A DNA stretch of 16,651 nucleotides, taken from Sulfurimonadaceae bacterium (GTDB lineage: Bacteria > Campylobacterota > Campylobacteria > Campylobacterales > Sulfurimonadaceae). Shown here piece by piece: positions 16,134 to 16,651 of the stretch. The translations under genes were made by a program, and so were the position numbers. The stretch spans positions 1 through 16,651 of the forward strand of contig JBFEXS010000043.1 of the NCBI GenBank assembly GCA_041562555.1. Reading direction: 5' to 3'. Position 1 is the first letter of the stretch. Each line of letters starts with the position of its first letter. The notes beneath the pieces were generated by a model, which did no database searches, was not told where the DNA came from, and was given only the letters and a program-made list of their open reading frames with translations.

Positions 16134-16651
16134 TTCCCACTTCGGATATCTGAGCGTAAAGCCAGGTTTTTTGGATAAGGAGTCAAAAACTTTTGTCCAA
16201 GAATGTAGGAGGCATCATATTTATGTGCCAACATGGACAGCATGCTTAGCGGAGTGATAAGAGGGATGATCTTGTGTGCATAATCATGGATCTGTTCGTG
16301 TAAAGCACGCTTTTCTATATCTGACATCTCTTTTTTCATGAACCCCGCCATATGTTCAAGTACATTACGAGTTTTTTTAATACTGCTCTTATGGGCTATG
16401 GCGGTTTTAAATCCTTCTTCATAGGCATGGAAAAGCTCACTAAAGTTGTCCTTGTCATGACTTCCGACGAGATTGCCAAGCTGACGGTAACTGCGTTCAT
16501 CTTTTGATTGCAGCATGAATTTATATGATTGATGGAATTGCACAAGTTCTTTGATGGCGGGTTGTGACGCCTTGAATTGTTCAAAGTCCTCATAGGCAAA
16601 AAGCTGCATGATAAAGTTCTCGCGTAGCCAGGGATCGTTTAGTCGGCCTTC
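16130..16651 (-). CDS. ybgA: YbgA-family protein (DUF523/DUF1722), 5' end outside the window
   Basis: Frame stays open to the edge: EGRLNDPWLRENFIMQLFAY...; LVQFHQSYKFML, NVLEHMAGF.K, Q.FL.PYP..L.LR; ATGA overlap with phrB as in E. coli ybgA-phr. Confidence 0.92.
   Translation of the reverse strand, partial: EGRLNDPWLRENFIMQLFAYEDFEQFKASQPAIKELVQFHQSYKFMLQSKDERSYRQLGNLVGSHDKDNFSELFHAYEEGFKTAIAHKSSIKKTRNVLEHMAGFMKKEMSDIEKRALHEQIHDYAHKIIPLITPLSMLSMLAHKYDASYILGQKFLTPYPKNLALRSDIRSGK

Noticed and set aside
2506..16599. Short antisense and nested ORFs in the track (e.g. 2506..2760, 4121..4336, 5386..5700, 7164..7475, 8198..8575, 14699..14890)
   Set aside because: They overlap well-supported genes and have no recognisable motifs; shadow frames.
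1..16651. CRISPR array, rRNA, IS transposase or integrase gene
   Set aside because: No regularly spaced repeats or corresponding motifs seen in the window.

Overview
Bacterial chromosome window, probably Campylobacterota (Sulfurovum/Sulfurimonas-like; inferred from AAGGA-type RBSs, pilin-like RDDAK motif and gene content). It has three parts. (1) 1-600: 5' part of a VirD4/TraD-type P-loop ATPase gene behind a TGTCAC-N10-TACAAT promoter, then what looks like an integrative-element junction: a copy of the RNase P RNA (rnpB) 3' end flanked symmetrically by two CCCTA-N3-TAGGG palindromes. (2) 743-4482: accessory genes: two convergent paralogous pilin-like membrane proteins, a 61-aa membrane protein, an LprI-domain secreted protein and a possible degenerate FliM/FliG-like protein. 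(3) 5041-16651: a minus-strand cluster typical of light/photo-oxidative stress responses: YbgA (DUF523/DUF1722), CPD photolyase, OM beta-barrel, PAS hybrid kinase, lipocalin, SRPBCC, flavin reductase, TIGR01777, ferrochelatase and a CrtD/CrtI-like oxidoreductase, ending in a LytS/LytTR two-component pair. A bipartite motif (+ strand TTTGGTAG-N8-TGTCRMTT-N-AT) recurs at identical spacing before three transcription units, one of them an unannotated 31-aa membrane peptide. This suggests an autoregulated LytTR-controlled photoprotection regulon with a small-protein component. All family calls are by motif recognition, not database search.
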